NCBI GenBank assembly: GCA_044356295.1
Contig: JBIKWN010000123.1
Span: forward strand, 1 to 26,427
Reading direction: 5' to 3'
Origin: Bdellovibrionota bacterium
GTDB taxonomy: Bacteria; Bdellovibrionota_C; UBA2361; JBIKWN01
Length of the DNA: 26,427 nt
Shown: in pieces, positions 25,298 to 26,427 of the stretch
Position numbering within the stretch: the stretch's first letter is position 1
How the letters are laid out: every line of letters starts with the position of its first letter
Notes under the pieces: generated by a model
What the model was told of the DNA's origin: nothing
Database searches by the model: none
What the model saw: the letters and a program-made list of their open reading frames with translations, nothing else
Made by a program: the position numbers and the translations under genes

Positions 25298-26427
25298 TTA
25301 CTTGCCAGCTTTCTTAGTAGCAGCTTCTCGGTTCTTAGCAATTAGATTCTTCATATAGCCCTGCTGCTCACCTGGCGTAGGAGTACCCAATTGACTGGAA
25401 GAAGGAACAGCATTAGCACTAAGCTTGATAAGCTCTACAATTCTATCTTCTAAAGAAGCCACAGTTTCTTGGCCATTTACAGACAGTTTAATAACTTCAT
25501 CCGGAGCGCCTTGAATTAGATCTTTTGCATATTTAAGAGCGCTAGGAGCTACACCGTAATCAGTAAATAAAGTATTTAGCTTTTGGTTTAATCGTGCTGC
25601 CTTTTCACTTGAAGATAATAGAGTTACATATTGGCTAGTAGCTTCAATCTGTTCAGCTTTGTCTTTAATCTCTTTAGTAACATTCTCTAGACGCTTAGCA
25701 AATGTTGCTTCAATGCCATCAGTCTTAGCCTTTAAAGCCTCTAATTCAGTAGTAAAGGTAGTCTTTAGCGCATTTACAGATTCACTAAGAGTAGCTGCTT
25801 GTCTTTCCAGTAGACTCTCTAAAGCAGACAAATCAAAAGAGGGAGCCCCAGTCTTTGGACTTTCTACACTAGTATTATTTTCAGAGGGAGTAGTAGTCAT
25901 TGGTTGTTGAGATACCTGCTCAATATTAGTAGATAATTTAATATAAAAAGAGGGTGCAGGATCAGAATCATTGGCGTCTGCACTTTGAGATAAAAGTGTA
26001 ATTTTATTGTCAGAGAACGGCATAAAAGGAGAATTAGTTAAAGCTGTTCTTAGTAATACAGGTCCTTTTAATTCACCTGTTGCTTTGTCTCTAAAGTTTT
26101 GCCTGATCTCAGGAGAACTGTATTCATAGTCTCCATTAACAATAAGATTGTACGTCTCATCTTTTAATTTATATATACCATATACAACGTCATTTTCTAG
26201 GACTATTTCTTCTAGGTCTCCTCGTTTTCTTTCTCCATCTATACTGTTCTCTTCTAAAGAGTCAGTTAAATGACCAAAGGTTACATACGGATTGTGTCCT
26301 AAAACATTCTGCTTGTAGTTAGTACATAGTTTGTCTATATAGTCATCGTCTACTTTAAGTAGACCAGAACCAGGTACATGCCAAGTACCCTTTAATAACA
26401 GTGGTATCTTTGCTTTGTTATTGGTAA
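25298..26427 (-). CDS. Mu gpI-like prohead protease fused to scaffold protein (5'-truncated by window edge)
   Basis: The frame of the 241-aa ORF is open to the window edge: ...KIPLLLKGTWHVPG...PYVTFGH...NGDYEYSSPEI...GPVLLRTALTNSPF-MPF... It has the His, YxSP Ser and ALTNxP motifs of Mu-type proteases, followed by a low-complexity linker and coiled-coil scaffold. Confidence 0.88.
   Translation of the reverse strand, partial: TNNKAKIPLLLKGTWHVPGSGLLKVDDDYIDKLCTNYKQNVLGHNPYVTFGHLTDSLEENSIDGERKRGDLEEIVLENDVVYGIYKLKDETYNLIVNGDYEYSSPEIRQNFRDKATGELKGPVLLRTALTNSPFMPFSDNKITLLSQSADANDSDPAPSFYIKLSTNIEQVSQQPMTTTPSENNTSVESPKTGAPSFDLSALESLLERQAATLSESVNALKTTFTTELEALKAKTDGIEATFAKRLENVTKEIKDKAEQIEATSQYVTLLSSSEKAARLNQKLNTLFTDYGVAPSALKYAKDLIQGAPDEVIKLSVNGQETVASLEDRIVELIKLSANAVPSSSQLGTPTPGEQQGYMKNLIAKNREAATKKAGK

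Noticed and set aside
1583..25910. All plus-strand ORFs in the track (60-121 aa) and the nested minus-strand ORF 24021-24215
   Set aside because: They lie wholly within long, motif-bearing minus-strand genes and have no recognisable motifs; best explained as shadow ORFs.
1..26427. Stop-codon reassignment (TAG recoding)
   Set aside because: Genes are full length and tightly packed under the standard code, and TAG ends several genes right before the next start.
1..26427. tRNA, CRISPR array, intron/intein, IS element or DGR repeats
   Set aside because: Intergenic gaps are under 70 nt, and I saw no DNA-level repeat array, splicing motif, transposase or reverse transcriptase.

Overview
The whole window is one densely packed, AT-rich, minus-strand operon: the virion morphogenesis module of a large contractile-tailed phage (myovirus). 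In transcription order (right to left) it encodes a Mu gpI-type prohead protease fused to scaffold (5' end outside the window), a lambda gpE-type major capsid protein, a probable second head protein, neck and tail-completion candidates, an enlarged tail sheath, tail tube (followed by an intrinsic terminator), baseplate hub, an OB-fold spike protein, an amidase, a lambda-R-like lysozyme fused to an M23 peptidase, two unknown genes, a 1041-aa protein with a spike-like beta-repeat region, baseplate wedge genes (gp25-like, gpJ-like), a repeat-rich tail fibre, and a lysine/ornithine N-monooxygenase-like flavoprotein that runs off the left edge. The amidase and M23 domains look cyanobacterial. The gene order matches my recollection of the Microcystis phage Ma-LMM01/MaMV-DC structural region, so this is probably a divergent freshwater cyanomyophage of that lineage (not verified by search). 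The ORF track missed three coding segments: the protease domain, the monooxygenase, and a possible 31-aa ORF before the fibre gene. All product calls come from motif recognition and gene position, not database searches.
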